A DNA stretch of 27,146 bases from a virus (lineage: Duplodnaviria > Heunggongvirae > Uroviricota > Caudoviricetes), in the IMG/VR virus record IMGVR_UViG_3300045988_151853, one strand, 5' to 3'. Under the pieces are notes generated by a model. That model saw nothing but the letters and a program-made list of their open reading frames with translations, was not told where the DNA came from and ran no database searches. Below are positions 18,785-26,298 of this stretch, in pieces (within the stretch, counting starts at the first letter, position 1; every line of letters begins with the position of its first letter). The position numbers were made by a program, and so were the translations under genes.

Positions 18785-19543
18785 ATGCATCGTATAGACA
18801 CGAAAACCGCGCAGAAGGATAAGTTTGGCGCGGGTAAAAACGGTTTTACCCGTGGTAACCCCCAGACTGGCACGCCTGCCACCGATCTGGATGATGACTA
18901 CTTTGACATGTTGCAGGAGGAGCTTTGCAGCGTTGTAGAGGCATCCGGTGCCAGTCTCGAGAAGGCGCGGCACGACCAGCTGCTTACCGCGCTTCGTGCG
19001 CTGCTGTTAAGCCGCAAGAATCCGTTTGGTGATATCAAATCGGACGGCACAGTACCAACGGCTCTCGAAAACCTTGGTTTGGGAGAAGGTTCGGCATTAC
19101 CCGTTGGCGTGCCTGTTCCGTGGCCTTCCACCACTCCGCCAACAGGCTGGCTGAAATGCAACGGTGCGTTTTTTTCTGCTGAAGAATACCCGGAACTGGC
19201 AAAGGCTTATCCGACAAATAAATTGCCTGATTTACGAGGTGAATTTATTCGTGGCTGGGATGACGGGCGTGATGTTGATAGTGGACGCGCTTTATTAAGC
19301 GAACAACTTGACGCTATGCAAAATGTTACGGGTTCTCTGATTGATAACACTATGGGGTCAGCTTCCTCAGCATCTGGAGTTTTTAATGTTGGTTCTAGTT
19401 CTGGGGTTAAATATGCCGCTCCATCAACTGGTAATGCATTTAGTTACTATGGTGTGACACTTGATTTATCCAGGAGTGCAAGAACATCAGCAGAAACAAG
19501 GCCACGTAACATTGCATTTAACTACATTGTAAGGGCAGCATGA
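18785..19543 (+). CDS. stf: Tail fibre protein: constant N-terminal part (to about 19075) fused to the variable C-terminal cassette expressed in the current orientation
   Basis: 252-aa ORF; an invertase crossover site lies inside it at 19062-19087 (codons ...LENLGLGE...); the part downstream of the site is low-GC and Ser/Gly-rich. Confidence 0.8.
   Translation: MHRIDTKTAQKDKFGAGKNGFTRGNPQTGTPATDLDDDYFDMLQEELCSVVEASGASLEKARHDQLLTALRALLLSRKNPFGDIKSDGTVPTALENLGLGEGSALPVGVPVPWPSTTPPTGWLKCNGAFFSAEEYPELAKAYPTNKLPDLRGEFIRGWDDGRDVDSGRALLSEQLDAMQNVTGSLIDNTMGSASSASGVFNVGSSSGVKYAAPSTGNAFSYYGVTLDLSRSARTSAETRPRNIAFNYIVRAA
19062..19087. repeat. Invertase crossover site, left (hix/gix/pix-like): CTCTCGAAAACC-TT-GGTTTGGGAGAA
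   Basis: 12-bp half-sites flanking a TT core, closely resembling the Hin hixL pattern TTCTTGAAAACC-AA-GGTTTTTGATAA as I recall it; in inverted orientation to the site at 20887-20912. Confidence 0.75.
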
Positions 19544-20151
19544 TGACCACAAAAAAAATCACTTTGGATGAAAACGGATTTGCCACAGAGGCTGGCTTCA
19601 TTACCGTTTACAACTACAACGGAGAAACGCGGGAATATATTTCCACATCAACTGAATATCTTACGGTTGGCGTCGGTATCCCGGCATGTTCTTGTTTAGA
19701 TGCACCAGTTACACATAAGGCTGGTTATGCAATCTGCCGTTCTGCAGATTTTAACTCATGGGAATATGTGCCAGACCATCGCGGTGAAATCGTCTTTAGC
19801 ACCGAAACAGGAGAATCAAAAGAAATCACAGCTCCGGGTGATTACCCTGATAATACAACCACTATCGCCCCGTTAACACCATACGATAAATGGGATGGTG
19901 AGAAATGGGTGACGGATACCGATGCACAGCATAGCGCCGCAGTAGATGCAGCAGAAGCACAACGCCAGTCGCTGATTGATACTGCAATGGCTTCCATCAG
20001 TCTGATTCAACTGAAATTACGGGCCGGACGGAATCTGACGCAGGCAGAAACCAGCCGACTTAACACGGTGCTGGATTACATTGACGCGGTGACGGCAACA
20101 GATACCAGCACCGCGCCGGATGTCATCTGGCCTGAACTGCCGGAGGAGTAG
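19540..20151 (+). CDS. tfa: Tail fibre assembly protein (expressed orientation)
   Basis: 203-aa ORF overlapping the stf stop (ATGATGA); conserved Tfa C-terminus ...[16 protein letters not shown]. Confidence 0.85.
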   Translation: MMTTKKITLDENGFATEAGFITVYNYNGETREYISTSTEYLTVGVGIPACSCLDAPVTHKAGYAICRSADFNSWEYVPDHRGEIVFSTETGESKEITAPGDYPDNTTTIAPLTPYDKWDGEKWVTDTDAQHSAAVDAAEAQRQSLIDTAMASISLIQLKLRAGRNLTQAETSRLNTVLDYIDAVTATDTSTAPDVIWPELPEE

Positions 20152-20566
20152 GCCATTCAATATCTGGTGCACTGGAAGTATCGACCAGCTCCAGTGCGTC
20201 CAGATAATCCAGCCACAAATTATATTGCGCCAGTTCCTCACCTTTCAGACGACCAATAGCCGCTTTACCAACCCATTGTCTACTGTTCATATAATCGTTG
20301 GCCTGATTAATCAATTGCTGCTTTTTAGTTTCGGCTGATGCAATTTGTTCTTCACGTGTTGGTGGATGAATATCTGCCCATGCAGGCAGTCCATCTTCTC
20401 CAACACATCTGTATTTTCCTTCTGGTGGTGTGTCATAGAAATATTCCCTGAAAATTACTTCGTCTATATCAACACCTTTTTCTTCAGGCCATTCACCTTT
20501 TTCAACATAAAGAGACTGAAGTTCGTAAGGATATGCCAGGTTGTTTACGTACAGATATTTCATCAT
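20123..20566 (-). CDS. Alternative tail fibre assembly protein (silent orientation)
   Basis: 147-aa minus-strand ORF with Tfa-like C-terminus ...[19 protein letters not shown]; its 3' end overlaps the plus-strand tfa 3' end; its start overlaps the stop of the alternative fibre cassette. Confidence 0.8.
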   Translation of the reverse strand: MMKYLYVNNLAYPYELQSLYVEKGEWPEEKGVDIDEVIFREYFYDTPPEGKYRCVGEDGLPAWADIHPPTREEQIASAETKKQQLINQANDYMNSRQWVGKAAIGRLKGEELAQYNLWLDYLDALELVDTSSAPDIEWPTPPAVQAR

Positions 20567-20900
20567 TACCAGCCCTTAGCGAAAAACGCACCACCTTCAA
20601 GACCATAATTGCAGTGAGCTATGAAGCCGGTAGTGCTCCAGTTGGTCGCCCCCCACATATTCCCGCCCCCGAAACCACCATCGCACACAATTACAATGCC
20701 CGGTGTCTGTGTAAATGGAATCGGGAATGAAACATTGGCGGATACAGGCCCGTGTTCACCAGGAAAACTAATTCGTCCCCACTGTTCAATTGAACCATCT
20801 GGCATTTTTCGCCAGCCTGAACCTGATGCATATGATGACATATCAGGTATCTGATTTTCCCCTGTTCCCACATTCCGTTTTGCCGCTTCTCCCAAACCAA
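20566..20900 (-). CDS. Alternative tail-fibre C-terminal cassette (Sv'), promoterless and lacking its N-terminus in this orientation
   Basis: The minus-strand frame reads ...[18 protein letters not shown]...FAKGW*; the GLGE codons lie in the right crossover site in the same frame as GLGE of stf, so inversion would fuse the constant stf N-terminus to this cassette. Confidence 0.7.
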
Positions 20901-20912
20901 CGTTTATGAAAA
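20887..20912. repeat. Invertase crossover site, right: TTCTCCCAAACC-AA-CGTTTATGAAAA
   Basis: Reverse complement TTTTCATAAACG-TT-GGTTTGGGAGAA matches the left site (half-site GGTTTGGGAGAA identical; core TT); lies 55 bp upstream of the invertase start. Confidence 0.75.
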
Positions 20913-20966
20913 TGCAGAAATAGCGCGCAAATGGCATCGTTCCTGTTTTTGTCAGGAGGAGCTATC

Positions 20967-21523
20967 ATGCTTATTGGCTATGTTCGCGTATCAACAAATG
21001 ACCAGAACACCGATCTACAACGTAATGCGTTGAACTGTGCAGGATGTGAGCTGATTTTTGAAGACAAGATAAGCGGTACAAAGTCCGACAGACCAGGACT
21101 GAAAAAGCTGCTCAGGACATTATCGGCAGGTGACACGCTGGTGGTCTGGAAACTGGACCGACTGGGGCGCAGTATGCGGCATCTTGTCGTGCTGGTGGAA
21201 GAGTTGCGCGAACGTGGCGTTAATTTTCGCAGCCTGACGGATGCTATTGATACCAGCACACCAATGGGGCGCTTTTTCTTTCATGTGATGGGTGCCCTGG
21301 CTGAAATGGAGCGAGAGTTTATTGTCGAACGTACTAGGGCGGCTTTGCCGCAGCACGACAAGAAGGGAGGAACGGTGGGCGAAAGCCAAAGCTGACAGTA
21401 GAACAATGGGGGCAGGCTGGCAGGTTGATTGAATCGGGAATATATCAGCAGCAAGTCGCACTGATTTATGATCTGGGTATTTCAACGGTGTATAAAAAAT
21501 TCCCTGTAGCAAGTAAACCATAG
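20967..21523 (+). pseudogene. pin: Pin/Gin/Hin-family serine DNA invertase, interrupted by an apparent -1 frameshift near 21338-21342
   Basis: Frame 3 from ATG 20967 gives MLIGYVRVSTNDQNTDLQRNAL...FIVERTRA (resolvase/invertase catalytic domain with the catalytic Ser in YVRVST), then runs into unrelated residues and stops at 21395. Frame 2 (21338-21523) encodes the expected continuation GFAAARQEGRNGGRKPKLTVEQWGQAGRLIESG...ISTVYKKFP (HTH domain). AGGAGG RBS upstream of 20967. Confidence 0.75.
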
Positions 21524-21549
21524 CCTTACGCCACATTGATGATCGCGGA

Positions 21550-22245
21550 TTATGCACTATTTTTAGGTCTTGTAACCCGAGGTGGGAGTTGTTTGGTTAT
21601 ATGTTCAAGTGATTTTTTGCCCAAGATAGTTCTTTGGACAAAACTTTCTATAGCTTCTAGCATTTGTTCGAACTCACTTTTATTCGGGCTCCAACTGCGA
21701 TGTGCGGCGGCGTTTCCTGCATCAATTACTGAAGATATAACGCATGCCTCAGTGTCGCCTATGACTCCATCTTGTTTTAATTTTTCAACTTTTTCACCAA
21801 GCGGCAAACCGGGGTGAATTTGTAACAGTTCAGCAGTTCGATCAAAAATCGTCCGTAAACCGATGGACGAAAGAATGAAATGGTCAGAAGTATATGAAGA
21901 ATACATTTCATTAAATATTTGAAAGAGCTGACGATCAACTGATTCAAGCTTGGATAACCATATCGGAGCTTGAAATGTTTCAGCGGCAGGATAGGTAGTG
22001 ATCATATCTATAGGCGTTTCTACAAATTCACCATCACGATATTCGTGGGTAGTATGCTCACTGAAGTGTTCGTTGTGGTGATAGAAGACAGTATCACAGC
22101 CATTGCATTGGAGTAGGTGATGGTAATGGTACCCATAAACTGGATATTGGGAATCCTCCCAGCTAGTGGTTAGCTTCCCATGCACAGTGCAGTTACGTAA
22201 CCCACCGCATGTAGGGCAAAGAGCCTTGAGTATTTCCTTTTTCAT
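21550..22245 (-). CDS. Zinc-ribbon protein with DUF4145-like C-terminal domain (candidate accessory/defence gene)
   Basis: 231-aa minus-strand ORF. N-terminus has CPTC...C and CNGC plus His-rich stretches (Zn-ribbon-like); C-terminus ...LGEKVEKLKQDGVIGDTEACVISSVIDAGNAAAHRSWSPNKSEFEQMLEAIESFVQ resembles the GNxxAH-containing DUF4145 helical domain as I recall it. Low GC; sits where e14 carries mcrA, next to pin. Confidence 0.5.
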   Translation of the reverse strand: MKKEILKALCPTCGGLRNCTVHGKLTTSWEDSQYPVYGYHYHHLLQCNGCDTVFYHHNEHFSEHTTHEYRDGEFVETPIDMITTYPAAETFQAPIWLSKLESVDRQLFQIFNEMYSSYTSDHFILSSIGLRTIFDRTAELLQIHPGLPLGEKVEKLKQDGVIGDTEACVISSVIDAGNAAAHRSWSPNKSEFEQMLEAIESFVQRTILGKKSLEHITKQLPPRVTRPKNSA

Positions 22246-22593
22246 AAAGTCTCTGATTCTATATGTAGGTTAAGACCACTATTAGCTATACGGACCTAAT
22301 AATCAATCGTGTGCAGATACAAAAAAGCCCGTATAGCGGGATTTCATGTCACTAAGGGCCGCGGCTACTTTGCGTATCTTTTTTGTCTTCTCACCGTCTG
22401 GCCGGTATTTTGCTGAGACTGCTTATTTCCAGTTTTTACTAGTGCTGTACTGGTACTGCCCAATCATGATTGGTGGGGGACGGAGTTGAAACCGCAGCCA
22501 CGTCGTATGCAAGAACGCGCTGCGGTTGGCTGGTGAACTTTCGATAGTGCGAGTATTGAATGATTTCCAGCCGTTACAGATTTTACGTGTTTA

Positions 22594-22842
22594 TTAGTGA
22601 ACAAACCACTCGTCAGCAGATTCCCAGGTATCTTTCAGAGTCTCCTGAACAAAAGTTTTTGCAGAATCCTTATCTGCGGTGCGTGTAACAGAAAGGCCAT
22701 CATTGCTGGTGGCTTTTACTAACACCTCAACATCGTCATAACGCTTACTGATGCGTCGGGTTAATTCTTCCTTTAACGCATCCACAGCACCGGTTGGCAT
22801 TTTAGTCATTTTTTCTTTGGCTATGCAGATTTCAATACGCAT
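22594..22842 (-). CDS. dinI: DinI-family protein (SOS-regulated; DinI/Tum-like)
   Basis: 82-aa product [31 protein letters not shown]...[11 protein letters not shown] aligns well with E. coli DinI (MRIEVTIAK...AIDALAGELSRRI...ETWESADDWFV) as I recall it; strong GGAGGGA RBS; tandem LexA boxes upstream. Confidence 0.85.
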   Translation of the reverse strand: MRIEICIAKEKMTKMPTGAVDALKEELTRRISKRYDDVEVLVKATSNDGLSVTRTADKDSAKTFVQETLKDTWESADEWFVH

Positions 22843-22855
22843 AAAAGTCCCTCCA

Positions 22856-22907
22856 TACTGTGTTTGTATACAGTATTATTTTTAACTGTATGGATAAACA
22901 GTGTCAA
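22856..22907 (-). promoter_or_regulatory. SOS-regulated promoter: -35 TTGACA, 17-nt spacer, -10 TAAAAA, with two LexA boxes (22858-22873 and 22886-22901)
   Basis: Minus strand reads TTGACA-CTGTttatccatACAGt-TAAAAA...taCTGTatacaaacACAGta...GGAGGGActtttATG. Both boxes fit CTGT-N8-ACAG; the downstream one matches the 20-bp consensus ends TACTGT...ACAGTA. Confidence 0.75.
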
Positions 22908-24001
22908 GAGGTCTTATTTCTGCTCCTTTGGAGCTCTTCAAAACGATTATGTAAAGATTTCGGATACAGTTCGGTATATACCTGCCATAGCACGTTTAAT
23001 GAACGATGCCCTGTAACCTGGGCGACTTCCTCAATACTAAAACCAGCCTCAAATAAGCGACTTGCCCCTTCTCTACGCAAATCATGGTATCGCAGATCCT
23101 TAATACCTAATTTGCTTCTTACTCTCTGAAATCCCGCAGTAACAGAAGTGCTGTTATATGGAAAAATGAATTCCGATTTTTGGGGCTGTCGTTGGACGAT
23201 ATCCCAGGCTTCCCCAAGCAAGGCTACTTTCATGTGGTTGCCTTCCTTTTTGCGTGGATCTTTCCTGTCTCTTACGAGTATAGATTTTTGTTCCTGGTCG
23301 AGATCTTCCCATCGTAACCGGCATACTTCTCCGATTCGCATACAGGACCATACAGAAAATTTGAGGATATCAACGAACGGAATTTTTGAGCATTTATGAG
23401 TAGATCGTTGTTGAAGGCCTGCAATGAGCATGTCCAGTTCATCAGATGCTGGTCTACGATTACGACGGTTTGATTTACCAATCAAACCAAGTTTAAGTAG
23501 ATATGGGCGAGCGCTTTTCGCCGGGTTTGATGTGTAATTAATTCCGTATACAGGTTTGGCCGCATCCAGAACACTGCCAAGATAACTAACATCGTGGCTG
23601 ACTGTTGCTGGACCTGCACCAGCGTTGTTTCTTAGCCTGCAATGTTCAATTACGTCATTTTCTGTCAGTTCAGATAGTTTGATCGCGGAGATGTCACTAT
23701 CCATAAGCAGTTCCAGCACATATCTTTTAGTACGGCCTGCTTTACCTCCGGCATTTGGGTCATTTAAATATTTGTGTAGTAAGTCACGGACTGTAAGTCC
23801 GTCAACTGCATTTGATGATGGAATGCCATATAGATCTAATTCCATCACTTTCTGTGTGCCCCATGTTTTGGCATGAGCATGTTTAGGGAATGTTTTGCTT
23901 TCCCTGTAAGTGATAACACCTTTTTCTTTGATAATCACATTACAGCGATAGCGTGGTGTGCCATCGGATTTTAGTCGTTTCTCTATGTTATAGTACGCCA
24001 T
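22904..24001 (-). CDS. int: Tyrosine-type site-specific integrase
   Basis: 365-aa minus-strand ORF with an integrase catalytic region (...SCMRIGEVCRLRWEDLD..., ...LRYHDLRREGASRL..., ...VTGHRSLNVLWQVYTELY...) carrying R, H-x-x-R and Tyr motifs; GAGG RBS. Confidence 0.9.
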   Translation of the reverse strand: MAYYNIEKRLKSDGTPRYRCNVIIKEKGVITYRESKTFPKHAHAKTWGTQKVMELDLYGIPSSNAVDGLTVRDLLHKYLNDPNAGGKAGRTKRYVLELLMDSDISAIKLSELTENDVIEHCRLRNNAGAGPATVSHDVSYLGSVLDAAKPVYGINYTSNPAKSARPYLLKLGLIGKSNRRNRRPASDELDMLIAGLQQRSTHKCSKIPFVDILKFSVWSCMRIGEVCRLRWEDLDQEQKSILVRDRKDPRKKEGNHMKVALLGEAWDIVQRQPQKSEFIFPYNSTSVTAGFQRVRSKLGIKDLRYHDLRREGASRLFEAGFSIEEVAQVTGHRSLNVLWQVYTELYPKSLHNRFEELQRSRNKTS

Positions 24002-24020
24002 TACACGACCTCGTTATTTC

Positions 24021-24255
24021 GGGTTCCCATAAAACGTGGGAACCTGTGCGGGAACCTAACGCGAGAAAAATAGCCTGAAATGTTCAAAAATGCACGATAA
24101 TCATGAAACACAAAAAATTAATCAAACCAGCGTGATGCCTGAAAAAACTGGTGTTTACTGGAATTCTCGGTTTAGCATTGCTCCTATGCTCGATAGGATG
24201 TACCGTTTTTGAAAAACAAGTAGTTATACACTTTGTGGGAGCCTATTGGGAACCT
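24021..24255. repeat. Clustered 8-bp GGGAACCT repeats upstream of int (possible Int arm-type or operator sites)
   Basis: GGGTTCCC at 24021-24028, GGGAACCT at 24038-24045 and 24050-24057, GGGAGCCT at 24238-24245, GGGAACCT at 24248-24255: two clusters about 200 bp apart in an AT-rich intergenic region. Confidence 0.4.
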
Positions 24256-24334
24256 GTTATTCTTAGAAAGCATCATTTGCTCATCACTTCAATTGACCTA
24301 GCGTAGGTGAAGACTTTAAGATTGCAGGAGGCGG

Positions 24335-24916
24335 ATGCGGTTGCATTTGCCAGAGCTTGACGATGTTGTTTGGATGAAGGGTGTATTGATGCTAAATGTA
24401 AGGTTTGATTCAGAAAAGGCTTTAGAGGCCATTCTGTACGTCGCCTCTAAAGCACCGATCCCAGATATCTATCATGTCGGAAAAATTCTTTATTATGCTG
24501 ACAGGTTTCACCTTGAAAGTTTTGGACGCCTCATAACGGGCGATCACTATAACGCTATGAAGGATGGGCCTGTAGCAAGCAACACATACGATATTATAAA
24601 AATTGCTCGTGGAGATGGACGTTACATTCCTAATGGTTGTGATGTCGATTCTGTGCGAAAAGCATTTTCTGTATCAGGTATGATGATTGTGCCGAGCCGT
24701 GAAGCTGATGAAGACTTTTTTAGTGACTCAGATTTAGAGTGTATTGATAAGTCTATCGCGATGCTTGGAAACATGTCCTTTGAAGCTATCAGAACCATGA
24801 GCCATGACGCGGCATGGGAACAGGCAGATCACAATGGTGAGATGTCTTTGGAATCGATAGTTGCACAGCTAAAAAATAGCAAATTAATACTGGATTATCT
24901 GAAGAACGGATATTGA
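24335..24916 (+). CDS. Panacea-domain (DUF4065, SocA/GepA-like) protein, candidate antitoxin
   Basis: 193-aa product with ...EAILYVASKAPIPDIYHVGKILYYADRFHLESFGRLITGDHYNAMKDGPVASNTY... and ...SFEAIRTMSHDAAWEQA..., matching the Panacea/DUF4065 pattern (KLxYYAD ... GPV ... THxxxxW) as I recall it. AGGAGG RBS; the start could instead be ATG 24374 or 24389. Confidence 0.65.
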   Translation: MRLHLPELDDVVWMKGVLMLNVRFDSEKALEAILYVASKAPIPDIYHVGKILYYADRFHLESFGRLITGDHYNAMKDGPVASNTYDIIKIARGDGRYIPNGCDVDSVRKAFSVSGMMIVPSREADEDFFSDSDLECIDKSIAMLGNMSFEAIRTMSHDAAWEQADHNGEMSLESIVAQLKNSKLILDYLKNGY

Positions 24917-24921
24917 TACTT

Positions 24922-25383
24922 ATGCTGGGTGATTGTTTCCCTCCTGATTTTAAGGCTAATTTTAGTCGTGAAAGAGGTATATCACCCGGTGATGTATTGT
25001 ATCTTCATTGTGATTTTACGACCCCACCTAAAGTAAAATATATGGTGGTTGTTTGCTGTGAACCTCTTTTAGTTCTTCTAATAAATTCAGATATAAATGA
25101 ATTTATTAAGAGAAACAATGATCTTATGGCTTGTCAGGTCGAAATTAATAGAGAGGACCATGATTTTCTTAAATGGGACTCATTTGTTAATTGCATTGAG
25201 GCTCATGCTGCTTTCGATCTTGAAATTATTAAAGAGAAAATAGCCATCCAATATGGCGACGTGCTAAAAGGTCGCATTACAGATCATTGTATGAGACAAG
25301 TTCGATGTGCAGTTGAGATATCTAAAATCATGGTTAAACGGCATAAAAAACTGATACTCGCTGCTCTTCAACATTATGAATAA
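24922..25383 (+). CDS. Hypothetical protein overlapping or abutting the Panacea-domain gene (candidate toxin/effector partner)
   Basis: 153-aa ORF from ATG 24922 (the track lists TTG 24913, overlapping the upstream stop by 4 nt); AT-rich; I recognise no family; followed by a bidirectional terminator. Confidence 0.45.
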   Translation: MLGDCFPPDFKANFSRERGISPGDVLYLHCDFTTPPKVKYMVVVCCEPLLVLLINSDINEFIKRNNDLMACQVEINREDHDFLKWDSFVNCIEAHAAFDLEIIKEKIAIQYGDVLKGRITDHCMRQVRCAVEISKIMVKRHKKLILAALQHYE

Positions 25384-25403
25384 ACCCACCTTTGGATGGG
25401 TTT
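25382..25403. terminator. Bidirectional stem-loop terminator between convergent genes
   Basis: AAACCCA (25382-25388), 8-nt loop, TGGGTTT (25397-25403), placed between the stop of the plus-strand gene (25383) and the stop of the minus-strand PrtN-like gene (25417). Confidence 0.5.
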
Positions 25404-25416
25404 ATTCATATTCTAT

Positions 25417-25689
25417 TTAAATGAGCCTTTGTTTATGGGTTCTGACCCTTTCCCACTCAGCACGCCCTTCTTCTCGCCTTTTGTCTATGTATTCCGCAAG
25501 ATCCTGAATATTGATGCAACGTTTTGCTTTTTGTGATGTGCCGATGCGATATGTTGGAACGGGCAACTTACAAGCGTTTGCTTTTGCTTCTGCCGTGGCT
25601 GGACTCATGCCAAAGTACTTTTGGCTAACTGCTGAGAGTTCAATGTTAGGGGTATTGAATTCAGCCATCAGTAAAAACAAGGTGTTCAT
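25417..25689 (-). CDS. PrtN-family / excisionase-like DNA-binding protein
   Basis: Product MNTLFLLMAEFNTPNIELSAVSQKYFGMSP...LPVPTYRIGTSQKAKRCINIQDLAEYIDKRREEG resembles the pyocin activator PrtN family (MNTVFLLMAQY...) found next to int in lambdoid prophages. ATG 25689 with GGAG 6 nt upstream is preferred over the listed GTG 25716. Confidence 0.6.
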   Translation of the reverse strand: MNTLFLLMAEFNTPNIELSAVSQKYFGMSPATAEAKANACKLPVPTYRIGTSQKAKRCINIQDLAEYIDKRREEGRAEWERVRTHKQRLI

Positions 25690-25725
25690 AATTTTCTCCA
25701 TCAAAACCGGCTGCACCCGGGAAAA

Positions 25726-26298
25726 TCATAATTCTGTGCTGGTGGCAGGAATTAATTTCTGCCAGATAGCGGAAACATATTTTGCCTGATGACGGGCATC
25801 GGCCAGGGCGTTGTGCCGTTCGCCATCGAAAGGCATGTCCATTTTGGGGGCGAATCCGATGGAACGCCCAAGCGTAACGATCGTGCGTACATCGTGGTCA
25901 TTCCAGTATGCCCACGGGCAGATTTGTCCTGCTCGCTCATAAGCTCCACGTAAAATTACGTTGTCGAAGGTGGCCCCGTTACCCCAGACTTTTAAATATT
26001 TTGTATTGTCTGCATGCTGATTAATGAAATGGCTCAGTTCAGAGAGTGCATCGCTGATCGACAAAGTATCATCAATACAGATTGCAGCTCGTGCTTCAGG
26101 GCTCTGTTTCAACCACCACAGGATGGTATCGCCGTCAGGTGTGGCCCCTTGCTCCATAGCACTTTCCAGGCTGACAACCGTATAGAATTCTTGTCCGATG
26201 TCTCCGGTTTCTGGGGTGAAGAACACCGCGCCAATGGAAACGATTGGTGCATCCTTATTTTTCCCCATCGTCTCAAGGTCGATCATTAAGTTGTTCAT
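25726..26298 (-). CDS. DEDDh-type 3'-5' exonuclease (DnaQ-like fold)
   Basis: 190-aa product with Exo I motif MIDLETMG near the N-terminus and H-x4-D (HNALADA) near the C-terminus. Confidence 0.7.
   Translation of the reverse strand: MNNLMIDLETMGKNKDAPIVSIGAVFFTPETGDIGQEFYTVVSLESAMEQGATPDGDTILWWLKQSPEARAAICIDDTLSISDALSELSHFINQHADNTKYLKVWGNGATFDNVILRGAYERAGQICPWAYWNDHDVRTIVTLGRSIGFAPKMDMPFDGERHNALADARHQAKYVSAIWQKLIPATSTEL

Larger units (their letters stand above)
19075..20900. other. Invertible DNA segment (about 1.8 kb) carrying two alternative tail-fibre C-terminal cassettes and two tail-fibre assembly genes
   Basis: Bounded by inverted crossover sites sharing the 15-mer TTGGTTTGGGAGAAG. 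The contents are arranged Sv-tfa (+) and tfa'-Sv' (-), as in the Mu G, P1 C and e14 P segments. Confidence 0.75.

Noticed and set aside
20901-20937. 5' extension of the minus-strand ORF 20566-20937 as a genuine gene start
   Set aside because: The ATG at 20937 lies beyond the crossover site and has no promoter context; the cassette is better read as a promoterless alternative C-terminus that is completed only after inversion.
21120-21557. 145-aa minus-strand ORF overlapping the invertase
   Set aside because: Antisense to a confidently identified invertase gene; no independent signal.
22346-22489. 47-codon hydrophobic ORF on the plus strand in the non-coding region
   Set aside because: No convincing RBS, and it runs across the inverted-repeat structures; it is more likely non-coding.
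22246-24334. tRNA gene or tRNA 3' fragment expected near an integrase
   Set aside because: I could not recognise any tRNA-like cloverleaf or a GGTTCGAATCC...CCA-type 3' end in either intergenic region by eye; a tRNAscan run would be needed to exclude it.
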